From: Candidatus Saccharimonas sp.
Lineage (GTDB): Bacteria; Patescibacteriota; Saccharimonadia; Saccharimonadales; Saccharimonadaceae
Length of the DNA: 32,000 nucleotides
NCBI GenBank assembly: GCA_015256915.3
Contig: CP076101.2
Span: 420,001-452,000, forward strand
Direction of reading: 5' to 3'
Shown piece after piece: positions 16,020-24,005 of this stretch. The stretch's first letter is position 1. Every line of letters begins with the position of its first letter. The notes beneath the pieces are model-generated. The model was not told the DNA's origin. It saw only the letters and a list, made by a program, of their open reading frames with translations, and did not search any database. The translations under genes were made by a program, and so were the position numbers.

Positions 16020-17339
16020 CTAAACCTCATCTTCAGCAACTTCTGTGAAGCTACTAAAAAAGTCATCTTTGGTTTTTTTCCATTTTTCGTCCTGACGAAC
16101 CAACCATTTTTCATCATCTTTATTTAAGAGTAGGATTTTTGTAGCCTCCTCTAGGTAAATTTTACCTTGAGAGCCTTTAAGTAGAACTAGAGTACCTCGT
16201 TCCATAATCTTATGAACAAAAGTTCCTGCATCAATTGCATTTTTTGCTTCATAAACCTGACAGCCCCGCAATCTTGCAGCTGGAGCAAGAAACTTATTTG
16301 CATGTTCACCAACAGTAACCACCCAGGAAAGAGAAACCCCATCAAGCATTTCACCTATTTTTTGATGTTCAAAAGCAGAATCCTCACCAAGCTCATTCAT
16401 ACTTCCAATAACTGCAATTTTCGAAGGTGCAGAAAGAGAATAAAGTGTTTGGATCGCAGCTTCTAATGCGGCCGGACTCGAGTTATAAGTATCATCAATT
16501 AAAACAGAGTCTTTAACGCCTCGCATAAAATTCATTCTACCAGGAACTGGTTTCAAACTTGCCAACCCACCTACAATTTCTTGCGGGCTCAAGCCAAGCT
16601 TAATAGAGACCGCTACTGCACCAGCAATTGGCCTAAGAGAATGTTCGCCAAAAACTTTTACTCGAACATTAATTTCACCATATTCTGGAGTTTGAATTTT
16701 ACCGCTAAAGCCATCAAGTAAAGAGAAATTATTAGCTATAAAATTATAGTTAGCTCCACCAACCGAGCTATAAGTTGCAATATTCGAATTTCGAATATAT
16801 TTAAAAAAATCTGGCGAGATATCATCTTGATTTAAAATTGCCATTTCAGCAAAATTCCCAGCTTCAAGTTCTTCTTGCGCAACAGCATCGATACTTCCAA
16901 AAAACTCCATATGTTCAGGAGTAACAGATGTAATTACTGCTATATTTGGAGCAAGATATTTGCTAAACCGTTCGATATCACCGGGGTGGTCAGTTCCAAG
17001 TTCTTGAATGATAATTTGCGGCTCTTGATCACTAGGTGATTTAATCCGCTTTCTTGCAGCCTTAAAAACTCTATGCCATTCCCAAAAATTACGAGGATTT
17101 CCAGGAAAATTTATTCCTAAAATCGCTAAAGGAGCACTCAAATGTGTATTGTGGTTTCCTTCGTGTAATCGTACACGATATTTTTGACTCAAGATAGTTG
17201 CAATTGCAAGTTTTGTACTAGTTTTTCCAACAGAACCAGCAACCGTAATTAATTTAATATCTGGATGAGTTTCGAAATATTTTCGAACATATTTTTCAAG
17301 TTTTCTTTGAATTCCTTTTTTAAACATAATCTTATTCAT
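16020..17339 (-). CDS. murF: Mur ligase family protein, most like UDP-MurNAc-tripeptide--D-Ala-D-Ala ligase (MurF)
   Basis: The motifs are ITVAGSVGKTSTK (P-loop), ELGTDHPGDIERFSKYLAPNIAVITSVTPEHMEFFGS, and a C-terminal domain containing DDTYNSSP. Confidence 0.75.
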   Translation of the reverse strand: MNKIMFKKGIQRKLEKYVRKYFETHPDIKLITVAGSVGKTSTKLAIATILSQKYRVRLHEGNHNTHLSAPLAILGINFPGNPRNFWEWHRVFKAARKRIKSPSDQEPQIIIQELGTDHPGDIERFSKYLAPNIAVITSVTPEHMEFFGSIDAVAQEELEAGNFAEMAILNQDDISPDFFKYIRNSNIATYSSVGGANYNFIANNFSLLDGFSGKIQTPEYGEINVRVKVFGEHSLRPIAGAVAVSIKLGLSPQEIVGGLASLKPVPGRMNFMRGVKDSVLIDDTYNSSPAALEAAIQTLYSLSAPSKIAVIGSMNELGEDSAFEHQKIGEMLDGVSLSWVVTVGEHANKFLAPAARLRGCQVYEAKNAIDAGTFVHKIMERGTLVLLKGSQGKIYLEEATKILLLNKDDEKWLVRQDEKWKKTKDDFFSSFTEVAEDEV

Positions 17340-17482
17340 TATAATATAAAATCACCACTTTTTCAAGCAGTGATTTATTTGTTGATGTGTGCCCACCCTG
17401 GGCGGTTTTTGTTATTTATTTTTATTTATAAGTGTTATTTAGGGGAGAAAACAAACATCGCCCTTGATAACACATCAACTGT
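17340..17482 (-). ncRNA. Candidate structured 5' leader or small RNA upstream of murF
   Basis: On the minus strand the outer helix pairs GUUGAUGUGU (17479-17470) with ACACAUCAAC (17390-17381). The inner helix pairs GGGCGAUGUUUGUU (17463-17450) with AACAAAAACCGCCC (17413-17400). The inner helix competes with a local hairpin GCCCAgggUGGGC. A second hairpin AAAUCAC-14 nt-GUGAUUU (17376-17349), followed by UAUAUUAU, lies just before the murF ATG. Confidence 0.4.
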
Positions 17483-17488
17483 AATAGA

Positions 17489-17517
17489 ATTATAGCAAAA
17501 CGTTTAAGCTTTGTCAA
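17489..17517 (-). promoter_or_regulatory. Full-consensus sigma70 promoter: TTGACA-17-TGcTATAAT
   Basis: The minus strand reads ttgacaAAGCTTAAACGTTTTGCtataat. The -35 begins 4 nt after the stop codon of the upstream gene. It is nearly identical to the promoter at 9221-9249. Confidence 0.65.
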
Positions 17518-17520
17518 TAA

Positions 17521-18333
17521 CTATTTTAAAAAAGGTTTATTTTCATTAATTTGAGCTAATAATTCATCATTCGAAAATTCTCGGCGAATATCAAATTCTT
17601 CCCAATCTCCATATTTTCCGTCAGCTTCGCCTAAATTCAAAACCCTCCGCCAAGCAAAATTTTCACGAACATCACTCGCATTCATTGGATTGATTCTTGA
17701 ATACTCAATTGCTCCCAAATTTGGCACATCGTAAATATCTCGTATTCGATTATCATTCCAATGTTCAGGCAAAAATCCTTCAATTAAATAACAAGCAGAT
17801 TGAATCAACTGTTTATGAGAAACAATCAAAACATTCTGGTTTGACTCATCTCTCTTTAGACGCTCACAAAAACTTCGAAAACGCAAATAAACATCAAAAA
17901 TGCTCTCACCGCCATCAAGCCGCATAAAAAATGGATCATTATAGAGGTATCTCATTGTAATTGGAAAATTATCAACTCGCTCATTCATATCTACACGACC
18001 AAAAATCCCCCAGTTTCGCTCTGAGAGTAAATCATCAATCTTCCAGAAATGGCAATTTTCTCCACTTAAAATTGCAGCAGTTTCTCTTGCTCGAATAAAA
18101 GGTGAAGTATATTTCGAATCAAAAAAATCCAAACTTCCATAAATTTTCGAAAGTTCTCTCCCTGCCTTCTCGGCTTGCTCTTTACCTTTCGGCGAGAGCC
18201 GCTGTCGCCAATCTGCACGCGCCTCAACCTTTTTTTCTAGATCAATTTTTTGCCCGAGCTTTTGCGCATGCTGAACAATATTAGCCTCACTTTGCCCGTG
18301 ACGAATCATCACTAGTCGCAGTGGATTTGCCAT
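17521..18333 (-). CDS. Histidine phosphatase (phosphoglycerate mutase-like) family protein
   Basis: The N-terminal catalytic motif is LVMIRHGQSEAN, followed later by SPFIRARETA and SH. The RBS is AAAGGAAAAA. Confidence 0.8.
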   Translation of the reverse strand: MANPLRLVMIRHGQSEANIVQHAQKLGQKIDLEKKVEARADWRQRLSPKGKEQAEKAGRELSKIYGSLDFFDSKYTSPFIRARETAAILSGENCHFWKIDDLLSERNWGIFGRVDMNERVDNFPITMRYLYNDPFFMRLDGGESIFDVYLRFRSFCERLKRDESNQNVLIVSHKQLIQSACYLIEGFLPEHWNDNRIRDIYDVPNLGAIEYSRINPMNASDVRENFAWRRVLNLGEADGKYGDWEEFDIRREFSNDELLAQINENKPFLK

Positions 18334-18412
18334 TTTTTCCTTTCTTTTTATTTAAAAATTCTTAAGCTTTAGATATATTATATCACAGCTTATACTTTTT
18401 CGAAAGTGCATT

Positions 18413-18441
18413 TTGTAATTAGGCCTCAAAAATGGTACAAT
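18413..18441 (+). promoter_or_regulatory. Predicted promoter: TTGTAA-17-TGgTACAAT, with the ATG 6 nt after the -10 (leaderless)
   Basis: The sequence is TTGTAAttaggcctcaaaaatggTACAATtatataATG. Confidence 0.5.
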
Positions 18442-18447
18442 TATATA

Positions 18448-19263
18448 ATGAATCTAAAATCTTGGCGAAGAGAGCTAAAAAATGAATTTATCGATATTGA
18501 CGGTAATAAAATTTCAATATATAAAAATTTAGAAGAAAGTAAACCAATTGCCGTTCTTTTTCATGGTTTTGGTGGAAACTATTTTGGATTAACTCCACTT
18601 GGATTTGAGCTTTCAAAAAAATATTCAATTATTATTTGTGAATTACCGGCTCATGGTAAAAGTTCACTTAATACCTTTCAAAATATCGATATTTTTCGAA
18701 TTTTCTACCAGAAGATGATTTCAAAACTTAGTAATTTTGGTAAAATTCATCTTATTATTGGCCACTCTTTTAGTTCTTATTTTATCAGCGATGATGAGAT
18801 TTCGAAAAAAATTCCAACCATTATTATAAATCCAGTTTTTGAGCCTAGCGATTCATTTTTAGCTGGAATGAAATTATTAAATAAATCTAGATTTTTAATG
18901 ATTTTTTCAAATCTACCAGTTTTCTCACCTTTCAAAGCAGCTACTCTCCAAAAAACTTGGTCGCTTGAAGCAAATAAAAATATTTATCAAAACATGTTTT
19001 TATGTCAAAACTCAGCAAGGAATTTACTCGCGCAAAAATCAACAATCCCAATAGCACTTGACAAAAAAGTGTTCAAAACCGAGAATTATATCAAAATTGC
19101 TATTATTGGCGATAAAGATGGAACGGTTCAGCCTTTTAATGAAGAGGAATTTCGCAAAAACTTCCCTAAATCAGATTTTCATATCCTTGAAAATTCTGGC
19201 CATTTGTCGCCAATGGAAAAACCGCGAGAGATTGCTAAAATTATTTTCGAAAATATTAAATAA
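18448..19263 (+). CDS. Alpha/beta-fold hydrolase
   Basis: It has the oxyanion region HGFGGN, the nucleophile elbow GHSFS and the C-terminal SGH. The start is set at ATG 18448 (MNLKSWRR...), not at the upstream alternative-start extension at 18406. Confidence 0.8.
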   Translation: MNLKSWRRELKNEFIDIDGNKISIYKNLEESKPIAVLFHGFGGNYFGLTPLGFELSKKYSIIICELPAHGKSSLNTFQNIDIFRIFYQKMISKLSNFGKIHLIIGHSFSSYFISDDEISKKIPTIIINPVFEPSDSFLAGMKLLNKSRFLMIFSNLPVFSPFKAATLQKTWSLEANKNIYQNMFLCQNSARNLLAQKSTIPIALDKKVFKTENYIKIAIIGDKDGTVQPFNEEEFRKNFPKSDFHILENSGHLSPMEKPREIAKIIFENIK

Positions 19264-19290
19264 ACTCCGTTTGTCGCGGAGCTTATTTTT
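19264..19290. terminator. Short bidirectional hairpin between the hydrolase gene and gltX
   Basis: CTCCG-tttgtcg-CGGAG carries T-runs on both strands. The stem is only 5 bp. Confidence 0.4.
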
Positions 19291-20746
19291 ACATTTTCTC
19301 AATTTCTTGTAGTGAATTTTTAAGGCGTTTTGCGCTTTCGTCCTTACCGATTACTCGTAGAGTTTGATTCAAGGCTGGTGAAAATGGCGCCCAAGTTAAT
19401 GAAATTCGAATAATCTGGAATAGAATTCCCGGTTTCTGGCTAGTCTTTTCAAGCAACCTGTTTAGCAATTCTTGGATTTTATCATCATTCCATTCCTCAA
19501 GCTGCTCCACCTCAAAAATTACTAAACTCAAAAGCTCTGCAACTTGCGATTTTTCAAGTTTTTTAAGCTGCTTATTTTTCGAAATCATCTCTAAATCAGA
19601 TTGTTGTTCAGCAAAAAAGTATTCGCTAGCAAGCGGGAGATCTTTAAGTGTTTTTAAGCGATCAAAAACTAGACCAAGAACTTCTCTTTTGTATTCTTCA
19701 CTAGCATTCTTAGCATTTTCTCCCCAAAAATCTTGCACACGCTTAAATAGATCTTCAAGAGAAATTTTGCGGATCCACTGACCATTGAGCCATAAAAGTC
19801 GCTGTTCGTCAAACCTTGCACCAGATTTTTGCACACGATCAAGGGAAAATTTTTCGATTAATTCTTCTTTAGTAAAGATTTCTTGTTCAGTGCCATCGTT
19901 CCAGCCAAGTTGAGCCAGAAAGTTCAGCATAGCCTCTGGCAAAATTCCATCTACTCGATATTCGCTAACACTTTTTGCACCGTCGCGTTTACCAAGCTTC
20001 TTATTACCTTCCGGCGCCAAGATATGCGGTAAATGAGCTAAAATTGGTGGTTGAATTTCAAGCGCCTCATATAACGAAAGATATTTTGGAGTGCTGGCAA
20101 CATACTCCGAACCACGAATTACATGCGTAACTTTCATTTCAAAATCGTCAACAATATGTGCAAAATTATAAGTTGGAAGACCATCCGCTTTAATCAAAAT
20201 AAAATCATCTAAAGCCTCAGGACCAGCTGAGAGTTCACCCATCACAGCGTCATGCCAAGTATAACGTTTAATTTCTGGTGTCTTAAAACGAAGTGGCATT
20301 CCGAGTTTCCATTCTGGTGGATTTTCCGGGCGATGGTTACGGTATAAAAATGCACGTTTTTCAGATTTAGCTTTTTTTCGAAATTCCTCAACTTCCTCTG
20401 GTGAATATGGGTCGGCATAAGCTAGGCCTTTTTCGATCATTTTTTGCGCCCATTCAAGATATTTTTCGCGGCGCTTAGTTTGATGATATGGCCCAAAATC
20501 ACCTTTTTCTTCATTTTTTTTGCTATAAATTGGACCTTCATCCCAATCTAGACCGAGCCATTTTAGAGTATCAAGAATTAAATCCTCCGCACCATCGACA
20601 AATCGAGCTTGGTCAGTATCTTCAATTCGCAGAATAAAATCTCCGCCGGTTTGCTTGGCGATCAAATAGGGGTAAAGTGCGCTTCGAACATTTCCAACAT
20701 GAATATATCCAGTTGGACTTGGCGCAAAACGAGTTCTTGCTTTCAT
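19289..20746 (-). CDS. gltX: Glutamyl-tRNA synthetase
   Basis: The N-terminus RFAPSPTGYIHVGNVRSALY is the HIGH region. The KLGKRDG segment is KMSKS-like. The length and overall pattern are those of class I GluRS. Confidence 0.95.
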   Translation of the reverse strand: MKARTRFAPSPTGYIHVGNVRSALYPYLIAKQTGGDFILRIEDTDQARFVDGAEDLILDTLKWLGLDWDEGPIYSKKNEEKGDFGPYHQTKRREKYLEWAQKMIEKGLAYADPYSPEEVEEFRKKAKSEKRAFLYRNHRPENPPEWKLGMPLRFKTPEIKRYTWHDAVMGELSAGPEALDDFILIKADGLPTYNFAHIVDDFEMKVTHVIRGSEYVASTPKYLSLYEALEIQPPILAHLPHILAPEGNKKLGKRDGAKSVSEYRVDGILPEAMLNFLAQLGWNDGTEQEIFTKEELIEKFSLDRVQKSGARFDEQRLLWLNGQWIRKISLEDLFKRVQDFWGENAKNASEEYKREVLGLVFDRLKTLKDLPLASEYFFAEQQSDLEMISKNKQLKKLEKSQVAELLSLVIFEVEQLEEWNDDKIQELLNRLLEKTSQKPGILFQIIRISLTWAPFSPALNQTLRVIGKDESAKRLKNSLQEIEKM

Positions 20747-20754
20747 AATTATCT

Positions 20755-20783
20755 ATTATACTTTAATTTTTATTTTTTCTCAA
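20755..20783 (-). promoter_or_regulatory. Predicted gltX promoter: TTGAGA-17-TATAAT, with the ATG 8 nt after the -10
   Basis: The minus strand reads TTGAGAaaaaataaaaattaaagTATAATagataattATG. Confidence 0.5.
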
Positions 20784-20792
20784 CCCAAAATG

Positions 20793-20814
20793 AAAAGTAG
20801 CTAAAGCTACTTTT
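20793..20814 (-). terminator. Intrinsic terminator immediately after the TGA stop of ORF 20814..21818
   Basis: The minus strand reads tgAAAAGTAGCTttAGCTACTTTTcatttt. Confidence 0.6.
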
Positions 20815-21818
20815 CATGCACTAAGACTAGTTGCTATTTTTCGAATTTCTTCATCCGAAATCTTATTGCCAGAGACCTCAACTTTATAAAGTTTTCCATT
20901 ATTCACCCAAACAGATTCCCCACGACGATTCGAATAAATTGTTAACCCATTGCTGTAAGTTGTTGAATAATCTTCACTCCATTTTTTTGTAACATAATTT
21001 TGCAATAATGCCGAACTATCCCAGCCACTTTGCGATTGTTGAACCTTATAATTAGAATCACCTTTTTTATATTCAAAATTAACATTTTTTCCATCAAAAT
21101 AAGCTAGGCCTTTTGGAGAGTATCCATTTGCAATATAAGCAGGAGTTTCGACTGCTATACCAGATTGGAAAGCTGTAATCCTACTTGCAATATCCGGTAA
21201 GTTAACATAAGTTAGATATCCAACGCCAAAAATCGCAACAGCAAAACCCATCGAGAAACTAATAAACTTCTTGCGCGCAAAAAAACTCTTTCGATGAATT
21301 CCACGGCTTTTTTTGCTTTCTTCGCGAGACTTTTCAATTGCTTGACTAATTGCAAATTCTTTAACTTCTTGGTTTGAAATTTCTTGTTTTTGAGATTTTT
21401 TCGCTCTAAGTTCTTCATTAGCTTTTTTAGCAAGTGGATGCTCTTCGAAAGGTGCAATCTTCTCAGCTTCTTTAATTTGTTCTTTCGTAATTGGCGAGAT
21501 TGTTTTAGAATTTTTCGAAAAACGTGAAATTAAAATTCGGTCTTGTTGAGTCTCTTTTGCTTCACGTGCGCGTAAAATCGCCTCTTGATAATCGTGGCGA
21601 CGCTTAAACTGGCTAATCATTTCATCTTGGCGAAGAGAAACTCCTTGTCTCTTTGGAATTGTAACATATTTACGGTTTAAAGTGCTTGAACGCTGCAAAT
21701 TATTATGAATTTTCGAAATATCTTTGTTTTTAATATCATAATTATTTTTTGGAGCACTTAAAAGTTTACCCGTAATTGCATCATATTTTTTTCCATTTAT
21801 GATAATTTCGTCTCTCAT
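20814..21818 (-). CDS. Hypothetical single-pass membrane protein: charged cytoplasmic N-terminal region, TM helix, extracytoplasmic globular domain
   Basis: The RBS is AGGGAATAAA. The TM helix is FISFSMGFAVAIFGVGYLTYV. No family is recognised. Confidence 0.6.
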   Translation of the reverse strand: MRDEIIINGKKYDAITGKLLSAPKNNYDIKNKDISKIHNNLQRSSTLNRKYVTIPKRQGVSLRQDEMISQFKRRHDYQEAILRAREAKETQQDRILISRFSKNSKTISPITKEQIKEAEKIAPFEEHPLAKKANEELRAKKSQKQEISNQEVKEFAISQAIEKSREESKKSRGIHRKSFFARKKFISFSMGFAVAIFGVGYLTYVNLPDIASRITAFQSGIAVETPAYIANGYSPKGLAYFDGKNVNFEYKKGDSNYKVQQSQSGWDSSALLQNYVTKKWSEDYSTTYSNGLTIYSNRRGESVWVNNGKLYKVEVSGNKISDEEIRKIATSLSA

Positions 21819-21887
21819 TTTATTCCCTATTTAGCTTATGTATATTTTACTTTATTTTTACTAAATTTTCAAGGGTTTTAAAAAAAT

Positions 21888-21917
21888 AAATCGCTCAAGT
21901 TTAAATTTGAGCGATTT
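21888..21917 (-). terminator. Intrinsic terminator downstream of the sortase gene
   Basis: The minus strand reads AAATCGCTCAAatttaaacTTGAGCGATTTatttttt. Confidence 0.7.
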
Positions 21918-21923
21918 ATTATC

Positions 21924-23372
21924 TTAATCCCATTTCCAACTAAATAATCTTTCAAAAAATGTTAGAGAATTCCTAGGAAGCGTTACTTCTTTATTATCAG
22001 AATTCTCCTGGCTGGCTGGTTTTTCAGCTTTGGTTGGATCTGGAGAAACTTGTTCGGCAAAAACGAGCAAACGCTTTTCAGCAGTTCCAAGAGGTACGCA
22101 AGTAATCAAAGTTAGCATTGGTTTATCTGTCCCAATTTGAACTCTATTTACTTGATTTGGCATTACAACCTCTGTTTTTGTTACATTATAAGTATATCGT
22201 TTGCCGTTATAATTAGCATAAATTACATCACCTTGTTTAAGTTTATCAAGCTGAGCAAAAATAAATTTATAATCGCCTGTATCAAACAGATCATTGCTTG
22301 AATGCCCGCTCAAAACGGTATTTCCATTTTGCCCCGGAACCGCATTTGCGCCTGGAATTGAAAAATGTGCAACACCCTTTTCCATTGCTTTCAATTGAGA
22401 TGCGCTATCATTCCCAACACCATAAACAACTGGAACATCAACATTAATTTTCGGAATAATCAATTTTGGCTCTTGCCCAACCGAGTTAGAAGAATTCGGG
22501 CTATAAATTGTTTGAGTAGCATTCGAATTTCCCGGCGCAACATAAGCTTCAACTGAAGCAAAAATCAATCTATTATATTGCAAAAATAGAAACAAAGCTA
22601 CCACAACAATTGCTGAAAAAATTGGTACAAAATGACGGGATTTTCGAATTTTCTCAGTTTTCTGACGCGCTTTTTCTGAAATATCTTTTCGAAGCTTCGC
22701 CAAAGCTCGCTCTTTTTTCTGGCTTTCCGTTAAATCTTCCACAACTTCTGATTGAATATTTGCCGTTTGCTTTTTTTGCTGCTTCAAGGCCGCCGAATAA
22801 TAGGTTTCGTAATACTTTTGATAATAATTCTGCCAAGCCGCGTGGTATCGTTTCCATTGCTCACTTGGCTGATTTTCTTGCTGGATATTATATAAATTTT
22901 GAACAGCTTGCTGAGGCTTATATTTTATCGCTCCTAAATTATGTGAGTTTTCATCAACTTTTACAATATCTTGCTTATTCTGGAGCGGTTGAATAACTTT
23001 TTGACGAGTCTTAAATTCGTCAGTCTCTTGACCAACACCAGAATTAAAACTAGCTTTTGGTTGCGGCTGAAATGGTTTCGAAACTTCCTCAATTGAGTTT
23101 TTAATTAATTCTTCTCGCCGCACATCAACTTTTTTAGAGTTATTTTGATTTTTTAAATATTCTGCCAAGTTAATTTTCTCTGGCTGATTTTCTTTTTTGC
23201 TTTGCTGAATTTCTAAAATTTGTTCAGTATTAGCTTTTTGATAAAGCTGTTGAACTTTTTGCCTTCGAAATTCAATCGCAGCACGATTTCTATCATTTGA
23301 AAAAGTACTCTGCAATTGCCTCTCAGGTATATTCAATCCATTGTTTTGATTTTTTGTATTATTATCATTCAT
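21924..23372 (-). CDS. Sortase-family transpeptidase with an unusually long (~290 aa) Q/K/N-rich N-terminal region
   Basis: The C-terminal domain carries the catalytic His in TVLSGHSS, the TLITC motif (MLTLITCVP) and the downstream Arg in AEKRLLVFAE. The TM helix is FVPIFSAIVVVALFLFL. The start is trimmed to ATG 23372 (MNDNNTKNQ) because the longer ORF overlaps tRNA-Leu. Confidence 0.8.
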   Translation of the reverse strand: MNDNNTKNQNNGLNIPERQLQSTFSNDRNRAAIEFRRQKVQQLYQKANTEQILEIQQSKKENQPEKINLAEYLKNQNNSKKVDVRREELIKNSIEEVSKPFQPQPKASFNSGVGQETDEFKTRQKVIQPLQNKQDIVKVDENSHNLGAIKYKPQQAVQNLYNIQQENQPSEQWKRYHAAWQNYYQKYYETYYSAALKQQKKQTANIQSEVVEDLTESQKKERALAKLRKDISEKARQKTEKIRKSRHFVPIFSAIVVVALFLFLQYNRLIFASVEAYVAPGNSNATQTIYSPNSSNSVGQEPKLIIPKINVDVPVVYGVGNDSASQLKAMEKGVAHFSIPGANAVPGQNGNTVLSGHSSNDLFDTGDYKFIFAQLDKLKQGDVIYANYNGKRYTYNVTKTEVVMPNQVNRVQIGTDKPMLTLITCVPLGTAEKRLLVFAEQVSPDPTKAEKPASQENSDNKEVTLPRNSLTFFERLFSWKWD

Positions 23373-23443
23373 TTCTCTTGATTTTTCCCTACTCTTAGTA
23401 TACAATAGATAATGAGCTATGTAAATAGTCAAAACCATAATAA

Positions 23444-23531
23444 GCCGCGATGGTGGAATTGGTAGACACGCTAGACTCAAAATCTGGTGAGCATTACGCT
23501 CGTGCCGGTTCAAGTCCGGCTCGCGGTACCA
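23444..23531 (+). tRNA. tRNA-Leu (anticodon CAA), long variable arm, CCA encoded
   Basis: The sequence is GCCGCGAtgGTGGAATTGGTAGACACgCTAGACTCAAAATCTGGtgagcattacgctcgtGCCGGTTCAAGTCCGGCTCGCGGTACCA. It folds as a class II cloverleaf and closely parallels E. coli tRNA-Leu. Confidence 0.92.
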
Positions 23532-23540
23532 AAAAAGGAA

Positions 23541-23570
23541 CAGCTACTTGATGGGTAGCTGCTTCTTTTA
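23541..23570 (+). terminator. Hairpin plus T-rich tract after tRNA-Leu
   Basis: The sequence is CAGCTAC-ttgatgg-GTAGCTG-cttctttta. Confidence 0.55.
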
Positions 23571-23584
23571 GTTTATAGAAGGAT

Positions 23585-23620
23585 TAGACCTACGGGGTCA
23601 GATGGCCGTAGGTCTATTTT
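23585..23620 (+). terminator. Second, GC-rich 11-bp hairpin plus T-run
   Basis: The sequence is TAGACCTACGG-ggtcagat(gg)-CCGTAGGTCTA-ttttgtt. Its role is uncertain: a tandem terminator or a small stable stem-loop. Confidence 0.45.
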
Positions 23621-23843
23621 GTTGCTCCAATTGAGGCGATTCCATGTAAATCACCTCTGAGGACTAGCAAAACCTTCAAATGTGAAACTTAACAATCTGG
23701 CAATTATTTAATAGAAGCCTTCCCTTTCGAAAGCAAGCTAATTAGTAATAATTTAGAACTTAAGCAATAAGATTGAGAAACTTTAAAATATAAATAAACT
23801 AATCGAAGGATATTGAAAACTTTAGTAGCCTATACTGTTATAA

Positions 23844-23870
23844 AATAAAGACTGCCTAAGCAGTCATTTT
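23844..23870 (-). terminator. Terminator downstream of tRNA-Gly
   Basis: The minus strand reads aaaatGACTGCttagGCAGTCtttatttta. Confidence 0.6.
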
Positions 23871-23881
23871 CATATCCATAT

Positions 23882-23957
23882 TGGTGCGGGTTAGGAGACT
23901 CTAACTCCTGGCCTCTTCCATGGCAAGGAAGCGCTCTAACAACTGAGCTAAACCCGC
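23882..23957 (-). tRNA. tRNA-Gly (anticodon GCC), CCA encoded, with an atypical D-loop/T-loop pair
   Basis: The minus strand reads GCGGGTTtaGCTCAGTTGTTAGAGCgCTTCCTTGCCATGGAAGaggcCAGGAGTTAGAGTCTCCTAACCCGCACCA. It is a 76-nt cloverleaf. Confidence 0.9.
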
Positions 23958-23967
23958 GTATGTTTTA

Positions 23968-23996
23968 ATTTTACCAAAAAGCATCGTTCAAGTCAA
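23968..23996 (-). promoter_or_regulatory. Predicted tRNA-Gly promoter: TTGACT-17-TGgTAAAAT
   Basis: The minus strand reads TTGACTtgaacgatgctttttggTAAAATtaaaacatacGCGGG. Confidence 0.55.
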
Positions 23997-24005
23997 TACT
24001 TTCAA

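Noticed and set aside
17391-17413. CCGCCCAGGGUGGGC segment of the murF leader, considered as a ZTP (pfl) riboswitch 3' element
   Set aside because: There is only a loose resemblance to the CCGCCUGGGC pseudoknot strand. The upstream conserved ZTP subdomain is absent, and the gene context (murF) does not fit.
20814-20816. Possibility of an alternative genetic code (UGA recoding, as in some CPR lineages)
   Set aside because: All long ORFs are intact under code 11. Most stops are TAA or TAG, as expected for AT-rich DNA. The one TGA stop I checked is immediately followed by an intrinsic terminator hairpin, which is consistent with a real stop.
23373-23513. N-terminal 47-codon extension of the sortase ORF (track start 23513)
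   Set aside because: The extension runs antisense through tRNA-Leu (23444-23531). The internal ATG at 23372 gives a sensible start.
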